DNA of 63,773 nucleotides, counting the filler, from Reclinomonas americana ATCC 50394 (lineage: Eukaryota): the NCBI GenBank assembly GCA_048213135.1. It is 6 parts of 6 records of this genome, joined end to end, with 100 filler letters (N's around TTAATTAATTAA, not from the genome) between each part and the next. Parts side by side here need not be neighbours in the genome. Positions count along the whole stretch, not along the records: positions 33,010 to 53,719 come from PS015562.1; 5 more parts are not named here. One strand, written 5' to 3'. The notes below the pieces were generated by a model. The model ran no database searches and was not told the DNA's origin. It was given only the letters and a program-made list of their open reading frames with translations. The position numbers and the translations under genes are program-made. Of this stretch, positions 36,876 to 48,622 are shown piece by piece. Each line of letters begins with the position of its first letter. Positions within the stretch are counted from its first letter, which is position 1.

Positions 36876-37324
36876 CCACTCCCTTCCTCTTGGGAGCCTT
36901 TGCTGCACTCCGCACTCCTGTCCTTCACTGTGTCCCTCACCCTTGCACACTCTCTCTTTCTCTCTCTCCTTACGACGCTTTGTTCTGTCAGTCAGCCTTC
37001 TCTAATCGTGCTCTTGCCACTCGCCCACTGACCCTGTCTCACCTTTTTCTGTCGATCATCGCGACACTCAATTCTCTCACTCTCCCTTTCCTCTCTCCTT
37101 TCCGCTCTCCCTCCCCACCCTGTGGTTTCTCACCGCTGCTCGCGTCGTGAAAGTAATCTGTTCTGTGTCGGGGAAGTGAGGTTGCTTTGGCGTGAGAAGG
37201 AAGATTTTGCTCGCACTGTTCCTCTTCGTTTTGCGTGTTCGTGTGCGCGCGGGTCTGCCCTCACTCACTCTCGCTCTCCATCATGGCGACTGCAGAGTGC
37301 GCGTTCTTTTCGTTTGAGTTTGTG

Positions 37325-39377
37325 ATGGCGGATCTGGACTCGCTGGATGACCTGCTGGCGCAGCAGCGCGACATGCAGGCCGACATGTTGGCGATTGAGA
37401 GGGCGATTGGTGCGCGATAGAGAGAGAGTGAATGTGTTTTCGTGTGAACCAGTGTCATGCTCATTTCGGCGCGGGTGCAGCTCGCGGAGAGGATCCGTTC
37501 TCACGACCACGTGACGAGGATGCCGCCGCGGTGGCAGCAGCAGCCGCCGCCGCAGCACCGGCACCATTCACCGCCACACGATTGACACAGGAGGCGCTGA
37601 ATGGTGCCGCGGGTGGTGCGGGTGCTGGTGGGCGGGGTCTGGTGATTGGCGATGACGACGATGACTTTGCGGATGTGGACGGCTTGTTGAGTGAGCAGCT
37701 CAGCCCGAAAGACGAGGCACCTGCCGCGCCAGCGCCGGTGTCATCCGGCCCTGCACCACCGCTCCCGCCGCCACGACCAACATTGCCCTCGGCCTCTGGC
37801 CCTTCACGGGCGAATTACACGGCGCATGCTGTTGTCGCCGCGGCACCGACCAAGTCGATCACGTCGCCGAATGCGACAGGAGTTGCGCGCACTCTCCACC
37901 CTCTCCCTTCCGTCCTCACTGCCGCCCTGACCCTCGCCATCTGCAGGGTTATCTGACCAACGGAAGCAAAATCGTGTTGCGCGTGCAGGATCCCACACCG
38001 CGCACCGACGACATGGTGGAAGGAGAGCATGGTGACGACGAGTTGACGCCAGGCGGCAGTGCCAATGGGACGCCGGCCAAGTCGACCCCGGGCAAGACGC
38101 GCACCGGCGCGCGCTCCGACACACCGTCGTCGATGGACTCGTCGAGTGCGGGAGGGTTGTTCGCGCGTCTGAATAAGAACGTGCCGACGCCGTCCTCCAA
38201 GACACCGGCGAAGAAGTTGGCGAGTGCCGGCAGTGCCTCGGCGCACGTGGTGTACCGCTCACCCATGGGACAAACGGCCGGCACGCCCAAGGCGGCATCG
38301 GCGGCCGCCAAGGCCAGCACACCGAAGGCGGCGGCCACGGCTGGTGGCCCAACCCGAGGTGGTCCTCCTCTCGGCACGCCCACCAAGACACCGCAGCGCA
38401 TGTCGGCCGCGCAAGTCGCGTCGTCCACCATTCGCGCTCCGGGAGCACGGACCCCGACGAATGCACAGCAGTTGAGTGCTCTCGCCTGCAAGGAGGGGGT
38501 TTTGCGAAAAAATTACTCACCTTTCTGTCGATGTAGGCGAACTGGACGCTCACCCGCCAAGTCGCCAGCCACCAAATCACCCGCCAAGACGCCGCCACGA
38601 TCGAAATCACCGGGCGCCTCGTCGAACGGCCCCTCGCCAGGTACCACCAAGTCACCGTCACACGCTCGCGGTTCACGGTCACGCTCGCCACCTCGCGCCG
38701 CGTCGGTGCGCTCACAGGGACGAGTTGCGTACTCTTCACCATCTCCTCCTTTTGCACAAAAAGAAAGGCCGCTCACCCGCTACGCAGGCGCAGTCGGCAG
38801 CATCAGGGCGCTCCATGTCGCGCGGCTTCTCCTCACGCGATCGCTCATGCATGAGCAGCGGGGCCGGGGAGCGAGTATTCGCGCCAGGCACATTCGGCAC
38901 CGCCATTGCGCCGACCATTGTGTCGGAGTGCGAGGCCGTGTGCCCGGTGTTGGTGTATGGTGATGCCGAGGCCGACATGATTCTGCACGAGCGACCGCCG
39001 TCGACGGTCATGGGTCGTGCACCGCGGCGCACCAGTATTGAGACGTACACGAGGAGCAAGCGGGATGCACCAGGTGGGTGAGAGGGGAAAGGGTGGATGA
39101 GGGAAAGGGATTAAGGGGGAAGGAAGGGAGAGGGGAAGGGGGTGAAAGGGGAATGGGAAGGGTAAGGGGAAACAGGGGAGGGGAGGGAGAGAGAGAGAGA
39201 GAGGGAGCGAGAGTTGGAGGGGAGGGAGAGAGTGTGCTCGTAATTGACGATGGTTACAGCTGTCAGAGTTTGTGGAGTGTGTTTGTAATTTGATTGAGGA
39301 GTCGCGATGTGGGTAACAGACAGAGTGGTATGCGCATTGTGGTGGGAAGAGAGTGAGCGTCACAAGCCCAGCGATGC

Positions 39378-39471
<94 letters not shown>

Positions 39472-40559
39472 TGCAAGGGAGAGAGAGTACTCGTAATTGT
39501 TGATTTTCACAGCTGTCGGAATGTGCGGAGTGTGTTTGTAATTTGATTGAGGAGGTGGCTGTGGCCGGCAGATAGATTGGCGTGCCGCATTGTGGTGTGA
39601 AGGGTGCGAGCTTCACAAACGCACCAATGTTTTTGTGAGTGTTATACGAGATTTCAATTGTTGAAGCAACGGACATCGTTCATATGGTTGTGGATTGGAA
39701 GCGAGGGATCGTTGAACGATCGCAGCGATCTGATTGTGAGAGAGCGCAAGTTGTTGGAGACAACACGAGAAATTATTTGTTGAGTGAGATGGCGCGAGTT
39801 GCTGCTTCGAGAGCAGATCACCACTCTTGTCCTACGCAGATGTATTCTTCACCCTCTTCCCCACATTTCTCCCTTTCTCCTATTCATTTCCCTCTTCTCC
39901 CCCTTCCCTTTGCCCTTTGCTGACTTCTCTCCTTTCGCGCAGGCCCCGGCTCCTACATGGACGACGTGCCAACCAGCTTCGGCAAGCAAACCTTTAACGC
40001 CTTCCTCAACCGCTCACAAAGCAACCGGGTACTCCGCAACCAGATCAACTCTGCGCGTCCTCCATCGGCTGGCGCCGGCAACCGAGTACCGCGACCATCA
40101 TCCGCACCCGGATCGCGTCGCAACGGCGAGGACGAGGATGCGCCGCCAGTGTTCCAACGCCTGTACGAGCCGAATCGCAAGGGCTCAAGAGCAGGCTCGT
40201 CGGTTGCTGCGGCGTCACAGGTGCGTGCTCGCACGACATATTTTCCTCTCTCCTACTCTGCGTTGTGCTTACCTTCTTCACGAATGCAGGCAGGGAGCGT
40301 GGCCGCACAAAAACGCGGCTGTTTCGGTTCCACGTCGCCGCGAACGCCGTCGTTCCAGGTGGCCAACAAGGATCGCGAGTTGGAGGCGGCGCGCGAATTC
40401 GGCATGTACGAGGGTGCGTACAAGTCGGACTTTGATCGCATCAAGAGCAAGCCCGGCGGTCGCTTCGCCACCGCGCGCAAGGACGAGAAGGGTCGATTCT
40501 TGAGTCGAAAGGAGGGTACGATTGTCGCATACATGAACAAGCTGCTGGAGGGCCAGTAA
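37325..40559 (+). CDS. Low-complexity Pro/Ser/Thr-rich protein with a SHIPPO/STPG-like PGPGSY motif
   Basis: Exons MADLDSLDDLLAQQRDM..., SP/TP-rich middle, RDAP|GPGSYMDDVPTSFGKQ, VFQRLYEP. Ends YMNKLLEGQ*. Confidence 0.6.
39380..39469. repeat. (TG)n microsatellite flanked by a diverged ~145-bp direct duplication (39232-39376 / 39487-39630)
   Basis: Both flanks share ctcgtaattg...cagctgtc...gagtgtgtttgtaatttgattgaggag...gcattgtggtg. Confidence 0.8.
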
Positions 40560-40724
40560 CGCGTCAGCTGGCTCGGCGAGAGAACGTCGTCGTCGTTGTT
40601 GTTGTTTTCACCGCTACCCCTGATTCCTTTCACGATTTTTTCTCCATTACCTCTGTGTTCATGATTAAAACGAAAAAGCATTGATTACATGTTCACTGCC
40701 GGCGACTTTTCCTCTTCATCGCTG

Positions 40725-43700
40725 TCACTTGACGTGCACCCACCACGTCGGCGCCGTATCCACTCCTTGCGCGCGCTGCCTCTCCGAGCTCTTGGCCAGT
40801 CGGCGGTAGTGGTGCAGGACGGGCTCAGTGTAACCATTCGGCAGATCGCATCCCTCAAACACGAGGGCGAGGGCGGCACGCATGGCCAGATTGCGGTGGC
40901 TGACCTCCAGTGGCTTGTACGCGCGATCGCCGGCGTTTTGCTGATTGACCACACGGGCCATGCGCGCGAACGAGTCAAACACCTGCTCGGGGGTGACGAT
41001 TTCGTGCGCAAGCCAGTTGGCCACGTGCTGCGAGCTGATGCGCAGCGTGGCGCGATCCTCCATCAGTGGCACGTCGCTAATGTCGGGCACCTGACACGAT
41101 ACCGATTGAGTGGGCATCGTCGTCGATGTTCGCTGGGCAGCGCAGACTCTCACCTTCGAGCATCCCACACCCTGGTCGACCCATCGCACCACGTAGCCGA
41201 GCATGCTCTGCACGTTGTTGTCCAGCTCGCGTGCAATCTCCTCTCCACCCAGCTTGACATCGGCCGGCAGCAGCGGCGGCGACAGCAGGTCGGTCAGCGA
41301 CGCGCGCGGTCCGCCCTCCTTCAGCACCGCCTGCTTGGTGCGCACATCCACTTGGTGGTAATGCAGGGCGTGGAGAGTCGCGGCGGTGGGACTCGGGCAC
41401 CACGCGCAGCTGGCGCCGGCCGCCGGGTGGCCGACCTTGGTGGCCAGCAGGCCCTTCATGTCGTCGGGAGCTGGAGAGGAGAAGGAGGGGGAGAGATGAG
41501 AAGAGACGAGCAGAGAAGTGAAGAAGAAATGCCTCTCTCCCAACTCACCTGCCCACATGCCCTTGCCGATCTGGCCGTGCCCGACGAGACCGAGCGACAG
41601 GCCGGCGTCCACGTTGCCGTCCTCGTAGGCACGCATGAATGGTTGGCTTTTGATTTGTGCTTTTGGCAGCATCGCGCCGGCAATCATGCTGCGAAGGGGG
41701 AAAGGGGGTGTGAGAAGGAGAGGGAGAAAGGGAGGTAGGGAGGGAGGGAGGGAGGGAGGGAGGGAGGGAGGGAGGTAGGGAGGGAGGGAGGGGAGGGAGG
41801 GAGGGAGCGGAGGGAAGGGAGGGGAGGAAAGGGAGGGAGGGGAAGAGAAGGGGAATGGGAAGGGACGGAGAGAGGGAGGGAGAGGAAGTGAAAGGATAGG
41901 GAGGGAGTGAGGGAGTGAGGGAGGGAGGAAGCGATGGGGATAGATAATGAGTGTGACTGCGATCAGCGACTGCAGCATGTGAGAGCATGCAGTGAATGTG
42001 TGTGGGAGAGAAAGAACGAGAGAGAGAGGGAGGAAAGGAAGAAAGGAGAAAGGGAAGGGCATAGAAAGAAGGAGAAGCACAAGAAGATTAAGAGGAGCGC
42101 AGTCGCGGTGTTGGTCACTGCTGCTGGTGGCGGTAAGGAGAGGAAGAAGCGACGTCGGAACAAGTGAGTGAGAGGGAGCGAGAGTGAGAGAGAAGGGAGG
42201 GAGAGTGAAAGGGAGACGGAGTGAGTGAAGAGAAAGAGGGAAGATAGGGAAGGGCTGCGAGTGAGAGAAGGACAGGAGTACGCGTGAGCGTGTGTGTGAG
42301 AGATGGAAAAGAGTGGTAGGGAGACAGGGAGGGAACGGAGTGAGTGGATGTGAGACAAGGGAGGATGAGAGAGATGGAAGTGATAGCGATTGATTGCAAT
42401 CAGTGTGCGAGAGAGNNNNNNNNNNNNNNNNNNNNNNNNNNNNNNNNNNNNNNNNNNNNNNNNNNNNNNNNNNNNNNNNNNNNNNNNNNAGATGGAGAAT
42501 GAAAGATCGCGCCTGTGAGTGACTGATAACGTGTGGAAGAGTGCCGTGAGAGAATGCATGGGCGAGTGAGCGAGTGAGCGTAATTGTTGAGAATTGCCCG
42601 ACCTCTCCCAAAGCCACGAGACACTCACCTCGTGTGGATCTCATCGCCAGTGCGATCGAGGAAACCGGTGTTGATGAAAAACACGCGTTCTGCAGCCTCT
42701 GAGATGCACGCGGCAATGTTGACACTCGTGCGACGCTCCTCGTCCATGATGCCGATCTTAATCGTGCGTGGTGGCAACTCCAGAGCTGTGACGATGTGAG
42801 CGCATGAAGCGCAAGCCCTCCCGCCATCACTACGCGCGCACCTTCTTCCACCGCCGCAAAAAAGTCACACACAAACGCCACCTCCTCCGGACCGTGCATC
42901 TTCGGCTTGACAATGTACAGGCTGCCTGCTCGCAGATGGTGTCGCTCGGCAGCCGGCTTGCGCAGCTCATGGAGTGCCGCCACCGCAGACACCAGCGCTG
43001 CACAACCTCCGTATGTGAGAACAATCACACATTCCAACTTCTTCCCCTGCAAAGCACTCACCATCCAAAAAGTGCTCGGGCGTCGGCTCGCCATCTGCCG
43101 TGCACACAGCATCGCTGTACATGTGCAGACCGACGTTGCGAATGAGGAGGAGACTGCGACCCGGCAGCGCGAACGAGCGACCATTGTGTGGCGCCACGTA
43201 GGTGCGATCGGGTGCGAGACCGCGCGACACGGTGCGCCCGTCTTTGCTGAACGACGCCTCGAGCGTGCCCTTCATCAGACCCAGCCAGTTGGTGTAGCAG
43301 CGCGCCTTGTCACGCCCGTCCACCACCGCCACACTGTCCTCCAGGTCCATGATGGTGCTGAGCGCCGACTCCACCACCACATCGTACAGTCCCGCCCGGT
43401 GCGTGCGGCCAATCGGATGCTGCGGGTTGATGAGGATCTCCACGTGCAGGCCGTTGTGGCGCAGCAGCACGCAAGCGAGTCGCTTGGATTGTGCGTCGAC
43501 GCGGTAGCCCACAAATTGGTGCGTGTGTACCAGGCCTACATTGGCGTTGGTGGCGGTGCGCAGTTGCAGGCGATTGCCGTGAAGGACTGGAGGGGAGAGG
43601 ATGTGAGGGAAGAGGCAAGGGAAGAGAGGAAAGGAGACTGGACACGCACCGAATTCGGTGATGGAGCTGAACGGGGTGCCGCCCGTGAGTGGGAACGTGG

Positions 43701-45302
43701 CGGTGAGGAACTCCTCGACCTTGGAAAACACGGCTGCACCGCGTGCGGGGTTGTACTTGCCGTCGGCGTTGCGGCGTAGTGCGCCCTCCTCCGGCACGGC
43801 GTTGGTGCCGTAGAGGGCGTCCAGCAGACTGCCCCAGCGTGCATTGGCCGCGTTCAGGGCGAAGCGCGCGTTGTCAATGGGGCACACCAGCTGCGGTCCG
43901 GCCACGTCGGCCAGCTCCGGGTCGACGTTGGTGGTGGTCACCGTGCGCCACTGTGATGATGAGAAGGGAGATGAGAGGGTGGACAAGAAAGGGTCATGGA
44001 GGAGGAGGGGGTGAACCTTGGCGTCCTCCAGCGGCGCAATGTAGCCAATGTCGCGGAGGAAGAGGGTGTAGGCGGCGACGTCCATCGGTTTGTCGGCGTG
44101 GTCCTCGTGCCAGCAGTCGATCCAGGACTGCGAAAAGAGGGAAAGGATGAGGGAAAGGGAGGAAGGGGGGAAAGGGACGGGGGAGGAAAGGGGAGGAAAG
44201 GGAAAGGGAATGGGGGAAGGGGGAAGGAGGAAGGGGAAGGGGAAGGGGAACGGGAAGGGGAAGGGGAAGGGGGCAGGAGAGTTGCAGAGACGGAGGCAGA
44301 GCGGAGGAAATCTGACACACAGAAGTGGCTACTGAAACAAGTTGGAGATGACAGCAAACGCTCGTTGAACGAATTGTGTGTGCGTGTGCGTGTGTGTGTG
44401 CGCGCGAGAGAGAGAGAGCGAGAGTGACCACACCGTAAAATAAGACAAAGAGGGTGCAGTCGACCTTGCCGAGAACGAAGCGAAGACAGAAAGACGAATT
44501 AAGAGGAGTCAGCGATTAGGCGAGAGACGGGAAGGAACAGCCGATAGGACGATTGAATTGTGCGGAGAAGGAAAAGACTAAAGACAACAGCGAAATAGCA
44601 GTGAGGGCAGGAGAACCCGTTTCAGTCAGCAGAGAACTGTACTCCATCAAAGAGAAGTGGACAATTAGGCGAGAAAAGACGGAAGACCAGCAGGGAGATG
44701 GCAGAGAGGACAGAAGCGAGAACTGCACTCAGCCAAAGAGAAGAGGACAGACTGCCAAACAGCAGAGACGACAGCAGAGAGGGCACACGAAGGAATTCCT
44801 TACAAGCGGCAGAGAACTGCACTTAGCCAAAGAGTTGAGGACTGATCAGGCGAGGAATGAAGGAAGACCAGCAGAGAGGTGGCACAGAGGACAGAAGCGA
44901 GAGCTGCACTCTGCCCAGGAGCGAAGAAGATCAGGCGAGGAGGGAGAGCAGACAGCAGAACCAGAAGCGAGAACTTCGCTGATACTGCACACCCCCAAAG
45001 AGTAGATGACAGAAAGGATGACACCACTCAGTCAGCAGAGAGCTGCACTCCGCCGTAGAGAAGAGGACCACTTTCTTCCCCTCTTAGCCTCCTTCTCCAT
45101 TCCTCATCACCTGCAACTCATCACGCCGCTCCAACAACTCGCGATTTCGCTTCCCAAATCGCTGCGTCAAATCGCCCAACAATCGCCAAAACCGCTCCGC
45201 ACTCAACCCCGTCCCCGCCACCAGCTCATCACGCACAAACGACACCAATATCGGTTCCACACGGAGTCCACTGCGAAGAAATAATGAAGAGAATCTCAGC
45301 AT
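40725..45302 (-). CDS. glcB: Malate synthase G (bacterial GlcB type), 8 exons
   Basis: [166 protein letters not shown]. Confidence 0.96.
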
Positions 45303-45970
45303 CTTTTCATCTCTCTCTGTCTGTGAGTGCTGCACCTCACTGCGCTCTCAGAGGCTGTCTCCTCCACGCGCACAGACACGCCATCACTGCTGCTGGAGCC
45401 GCCTTCGTTGCTCAGAAGATGGTTGGAAACCTGCACAGTGAGAGAGGGAGAGTGAGTGAGTGAAGGAGAGTGAAGGAGAGTGAGAGAGTGAGTGAGAGTG
45501 TGAGAGAAAGAGGGGAGAGTGCAAATGTGTGTGAAAGTGTGTGAAAGTGTGTGAAAGTGTGTGAAAGCGTGTGTGCAAGTGTAAGAGAGGGAGCAGTGAG
45601 TGCATGCGCGTGAAAGAGAGAGTGAGTTTGTGTGAGTAAGAGAGTGAAAGTGTGCAAAAGAGAGTGAAAGCGTGCAGAAAGTGTGTGAAACTGTGTGCAA
45701 GTGTGTCGGAAGGAGAGTTTGTGAGAGAGGGAGCAGTGAGTGCATGCATGTGTGTGAGTGTGTGAGAGTGCAAGTGTCGAGAGTTATCTCTCTCATTTCG
45801 TTCGTCTTTCTCTCTTTCTCTCTCTGTGCCACTCAACAATGCGTACGCGACGGAGCAGAGTGTCACTCATTCGCTCTTTGCCTTTCTTTGCACGTGAAAG
45901 TCACTCGATTTCGGTCGATTGGCACTCCACGCACTACACTTCAACTCGGGTCGCGCCCCCACACACACAC

Positions 45971-48547
45971 ATGCGCCGCCCTGTGCTCCACGCACTGCTG
46001 CTACTGGCCTTGACAGTCTACATAACGCTGACAACAGCGGCATTTGCCTGTGAATGCGATTGCGAGTGCGACTGCTTGCATCCTATTGCACCACCAGTCA
46101 CCACACAGCCTCCGCCCACTGCTGCACCTCCATCCTCTGCTGCAACCGAGGAGCTGACTGGTGCAGAAGTGCTGCGCGACTATGTCGACTTTCACCGCGC
46201 AAGTCGCGCAGAGACACCCACCTCGACCTCACAAGTGCGTTGGTTGGTGTTTCAGGAGCCAAAGACGGCCGCGCTCGCCGAAGTGCTGCACGGAGCCGTT
46301 TCTGCGTTTACAGTAGCCGTGTTGACACGCAGAGTGTTTGTGGTACGCGAAGAATGACGTCACTTTGATCGCACATGTTGAATTGAAGTTGAGTTGTCGT
46401 AAGGTGGCTCCGGCGGTCGGGCGACTGCGCATGTTGTTTGACCCGGCCGAGGTCGACTGGGAGGCGCCGGCCAGCGGTATTGCACAACTCGTGTCCATGT
46501 TTCGCGCGCTTTCAACTTGTACTATACCACTGCATATTAACGACTGACCAAAGTGCACAGTGCGGCCAAGATCGACATGCGAGCGGCGCATGAGACGCCG
46601 GATGCCGAGCGGTTGCTCTGCGAGGACCTGCTAAGCTCGTTGAGTGGGCGCGTGATTGTGGTGCATGCGGATCAGTACTTTGTGGAGGTGTTGCGGCACA
46701 ACTTGGCGCTGAAGACGCGCTATCGTGATTTGTTGGGCGCGCTCGATGGGCGTCTCTTTCGCACGGTGATGGAGGTGCTGTTTCGTCCGCGGGCGGCCGT
46801 GCAGACCGCTGTCGATGCGTATGTGAAGACGTGGCCGGAGAAGACGTCGGTGGTGGGCTTGGCGGTGTCGAGCAGGGCATCGGAGGTGAGACACTAGGAG
46901 AGGGATGTTGTCATGCCGAGATGTTTCACAGAATGGTTTTGTAGGGCGTTCGCGATACGTTTCTCAATTGTTTCGACCGTGCGGTGCACACTACGGGGTT
47001 CCTTGAGCACTTTGCCGTGCGTGCGGTGTTGGTGAGTGTGCCGGATGATACGGGCGTGTTGACGACGGCGGGGGCGTCGGATTCGTCGATGAGCACGCAG
47101 GAGAGGGCCGGGAAGGTGAGGACGAAGGGGGAAGGGAGAAGGGCAGAGAAGGGGGAAGGGAGGAGGAAGGAGGAAGGGAGGTATGGGGAAGGGAGGAGGA
47201 AGGGAGAGGAAGAGAGAAGAGATGAGGAAGAGGAAGGGAGGGGAAGAGCGAAGGAGACTGAAGGGATTGGGATCTTGGCTGACGGTGGAAGGGAGAAAGG
47301 AAGGGAGAAGACAATGAGGAGAGAGAGCCTTGACCCCTCGGTGAGCAAATGTGAAAGGAGGGCGAAAGGCGATGGAGGTAGTGGAGATCAGACTGGAAGA
47401 ATGAAGCGCAAGAAGTGAAAGGAGGTTAAAAGAAGATGGAGGCAATACAGAAGGGAAGGGAAGGGAGAAGGGAAGAACAACCAGGGGGTTGGGTGACGGT
47501 AGGTGAAGGAGATAGAAGAGAAGGAGAGCCCACGGACGTTGAAGCTAAAGGGGAGGAGGAGGAGGAGGAAGAGGAAGGCAGCGAAGCATTCCGCACTCGC
47601 ATGTCACCCTTGCTGTTCTGCGGCGCCGAGCGATTGGTGTTGCTCATCGAGACCACCACCGAGTTCGAGGCCACCGTGTACGGCGGATTGTTGGCAAAGG
47701 CCAGCATGCCGACAGTGTTCTCTGCCTCGTCGTCGTGGGGGGAGGATGGGAGGAGCAAGGACAGGGGGAAGTAGAAGTGAAGAATGCGAAGAGGAAGGTG
47801 GGAGAAAAGTACCAGAAGTGAGTGGTGAGGATGGGTGTGGAGCAAGATAAAGGACAGGGCGAGGAGCAAGAGGAAGGGAAGAAGAAGGTAAATGGAAAAA
47901 GAAGGGGGAGAAAGGCGATGGCAAGAGGGGAATGCAAGAAGAAGAAAGAGAAAAAGGAGAACGAGAGAGGAATGGCGAATGGAACGGAGACGGGGAGGTA
48001 AAGGGAGACGACCAAGGTGGAATGGATGGGGGAAGGAAAGGGCAAGAAGGAAGAGGGGAGAGCGATGAAGAGAAAGGGGGAAAGCAAGGGGAGAGCAATG
48101 GGTGGAGAGACGTTGCAAGAGAGTGAAGTGTTTGCACGAAAAGACAATTTTCCTCCTTCCCCCCTTTCTTCCCCCTTTTTTCGCTCACCCTTGTCCAACC
48201 AGTTCCTGGGCCGCATCCTGCTGCCTCCCCTGACGCTGGCCGAGCGACCGAGTCAGATTCACCAGGAGGACTGGGAGCAGCTCGTCGGCCTGCTGGTGCT
48301 GCTGCGTACGGAGCACATGATTGTGGGCGTGCAGTCGGCGTTCGGGCAGGTGGCGTATGCGTGGCGCGGGGTGCGACCGCTGGTCGTCATGGGCGTCGAT
48401 CGGTGCATGCAGGATGTGACCACGGAGCCGATTATGACGGCGTGGGCCTCGCGCATTGTCGACGCGCCGTGCTACCCCAGCACGAGTCCGTTCGGCAGCG
48501 GGCTGGCCGATGCGTGGACACTGAATCATGTGTTACCGAGAATATGA
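45971..48547 (+). CDS. Signal-anchored glycosyltransferase resembling GT37 (xyloglucan fucosyltransferase family)
   Basis: N-terminal TM MRRPVLHALLLLALTVYITLTT and Pro/Thr stem. RWLVF...VSAFTVAVLTRRVFV, ADQYFV, LFRPRAAV, LVLLRTEHMIVGVQSAFGQVAYAWRGVRPLVV...CMQDVTTEP parallel FUT1-type blocks. Confidence 0.65.
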
Positions 48548-48622
48548 AGTGACTCGACAGTGAGAGTCCCTCTCCCCATAATCATTGTGAGACTATCGCA
48601 TCTACATTCCGATTCTTGATTT

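Noticed and set aside
40725..43184. 819-aa ORF and other long ORFs spanning N gaps or CT/GA tracts
   Set aside because: Artefacts of gaps and stop-poor low-complexity introns; only the parts matching malate synthase G are coding.
40725..45302. Bacterial contamination as the source of glcB
   Set aside because: The gene has seven GT-AG introns and shares a scaffold with GRWD1 and other eukaryotic genes.
41690..48180. Strand-specific CT-richness of long introns
   Set aside because: Not consistent: malate synthase introns are CT-rich on the sense strand while the fucosyltransferase introns are GA-rich.
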